Below, in pieces: positions 63,019 through 64,000 of a DNA stretch of 64,000 nt. This DNA comes from Basidiobolus meristosporus CBS 931.73 (taxonomy: Eukaryota; Fungi; Basidiobolomycota), in NCBI GenBank assembly GCA_002104905.1, contig MCFE01000201.1, forward strand, positions 68,601 to 132,600, given 5' to 3'. Made by a program: the position numbers and the translations under genes. Every line of letters starts with the position of its first letter. Within the stretch, counting starts at the first letter, position 1. The notes under the pieces are model-generated. The model made no database searches, was not told the origin of the DNA, and saw only the letters and a program-made list of their open reading frames with translations.

Positions 63019-63787
63019 CTAGTGCTTTATTGGGAAATTTGCACAAGAAGTGCAATCTTGAAATATGACAAAGTCATATGAGTATAGCAACTATTATAAA
63101 ATGAAAACTACTTTGCCAGTAAAAGGGGTGAAGGAAACTGTAAAAGCTATAAAGGAAAAGTTGGGGACACAAGAAATTTACAGTACCATTCATTGCCCTA
63201 CACTGCAAGTAAGCTCAAGGAACATATGGGGAAGCTTTACCAGACTGAACTAAAGAATCTTGCTTCAGATCACAAAGGAAACAATGAGGACTGCAGAAGC
63301 TTTAAAGGAAACCAAGGTTCCCATAGTGATGGCTGACTGGGAAATCTACAGAAGCATTCACTGATCCAAAAGAAGGAGGCAAGAGGCTAGAGTAATGTCA
63401 TCAAAAGAAAATGAACCATAAGCTGAAGTTCAGGCACATGCATCAAGTCCAATCATGCCAAAGACAGCTGCAGAAGCTTGAAAGGAAACAGAAAGTCTCC
63501 ATTGGGGTGACTCCAGGGGAAATCCACAGTCAGCCCTTTACATCACCAGAGGTGGGCAGTGTCTGAAAGAAAGGAAAGAAAGAGCAAGAGAAAAGGGAAG
63601 GAAAAAGGAAGGAGAGAAGAATGGGGTGGGTGGGTGGGAAATCTTATAGGTGAAGGATCTTGTTAAAGATCACATCACTAGGTTAGGGGAGATTGTTAGG
63701 GAAGGAGCATCAGGTCAGAAGACCCAATCTTATAGGTGAAGGATCTTGTTAAAGATCACATCACTAGGTTAGGGGAGATTGTTAGGG
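63019..63787 (-). other. Non-coding terminal element between a TTAGGG spacer and the telomere
   Basis: No ORF over 62 aa and no CpG. AATAAA lies about 10 nt from the proximal CCCTAA junction, with a TTGCAC/GTGCAA hairpin, a polypurine tract, a (G3T)3G4-type G4 motif and a 62-bp direct repeat. Confidence 0.55.
63640..63787. repeat. 62-bp direct repeat (63640-63701 and 63726-63787), each copy ending in TTAGGG
   Basis: AATCTTATAGGTGAAGGATCTTGTTAAAGATCACATCACTAGGTTAGGGGAGATTGTTAGGG occurs twice. Confidence 0.95.
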
Positions 63788-64000
63788 GTTAGGGTTAGGG
63801 TTAGGGTTAGGGTTAGGGTTAGGGTTAGGGTTAGGGTTAGGGTTAGGGTTAGGGTTAGGGTTAGGGTTAGGGTTAGGGTTAGGGTTAGGGTTAGGGTTAG
63901 GGTTAGGGTTAGGGTTAGGGTTAGGGTTAGGGTTAGGGTTAGGGTTAGGGTTAGGGTTAGGGTTAGGGTTAGGGTTAGGGTTAGGGTTAGGGTTAGGGTT
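63782..64000 (+). repeat. Telomere, about 36 TTAGGG repeats, G-rich strand running to the window end
   Basis: Direct reading. Confidence 0.98.

Noticed and set aside
63065-63253. 62-aa plus-strand ORF in the terminal element
   Set aside because: Short, no motif, and opposite to the array polarity.

Overview
Right-hand end of a chromosome from an intron-rich fungus. The short GT-AG introns, gene content and TTAGGG telomere suggest an early-diverging lineage; this is inference. Positions 1-48.9 kb hold about 18 ordinary host genes: mS35/RSM24, Pcl-type cyclin, caleosin, ERG25, CRAL-TRIO RhoGAP, a single-pass membrane protein, GH46 chitosanase, GCP4, a hevein/CBM18 GPI protein, a tail-anchored LIR protein, Pop3/Rpp38, alpha-arrestin, a Stn1/RPA2-like OB+winged-helix protein, uridine phosphorylase, a GPI aspartic protease, REV3 and DBF4. 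From about 49.4 kb the window is subtelomere: a frameshifted VOC/glyoxalase pseudogene, a 155-bp satellite and a decayed SNF2 fragment. These are followed by a head-to-tail array of retroelements, all on the minus strand with 3' ends toward the centromere and separated by 1-3 TTAGGG units, ending in about 36 telomeric repeats. The array has one full-length and one 5'-truncated APE-RT LINE, older fragments, the 3' end of a probable second LINE family, a tRNA-headed SINE-like element sharing the LINE 3' stem-loop, and a non-coding terminal element. The LINE has no poly(A) tail and, by my scan, no CpG in about 4.3 kb of coding sequence. It has an unusual endonuclease active site, and ORF2 has no AUG and follows a UGA-CUA stop plus a hairpin, a readthrough-like context. 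All calls are by eye, with no database searches. Exon boundaries are manual, and some frameshifts in the array may be homopolymer consensus errors.
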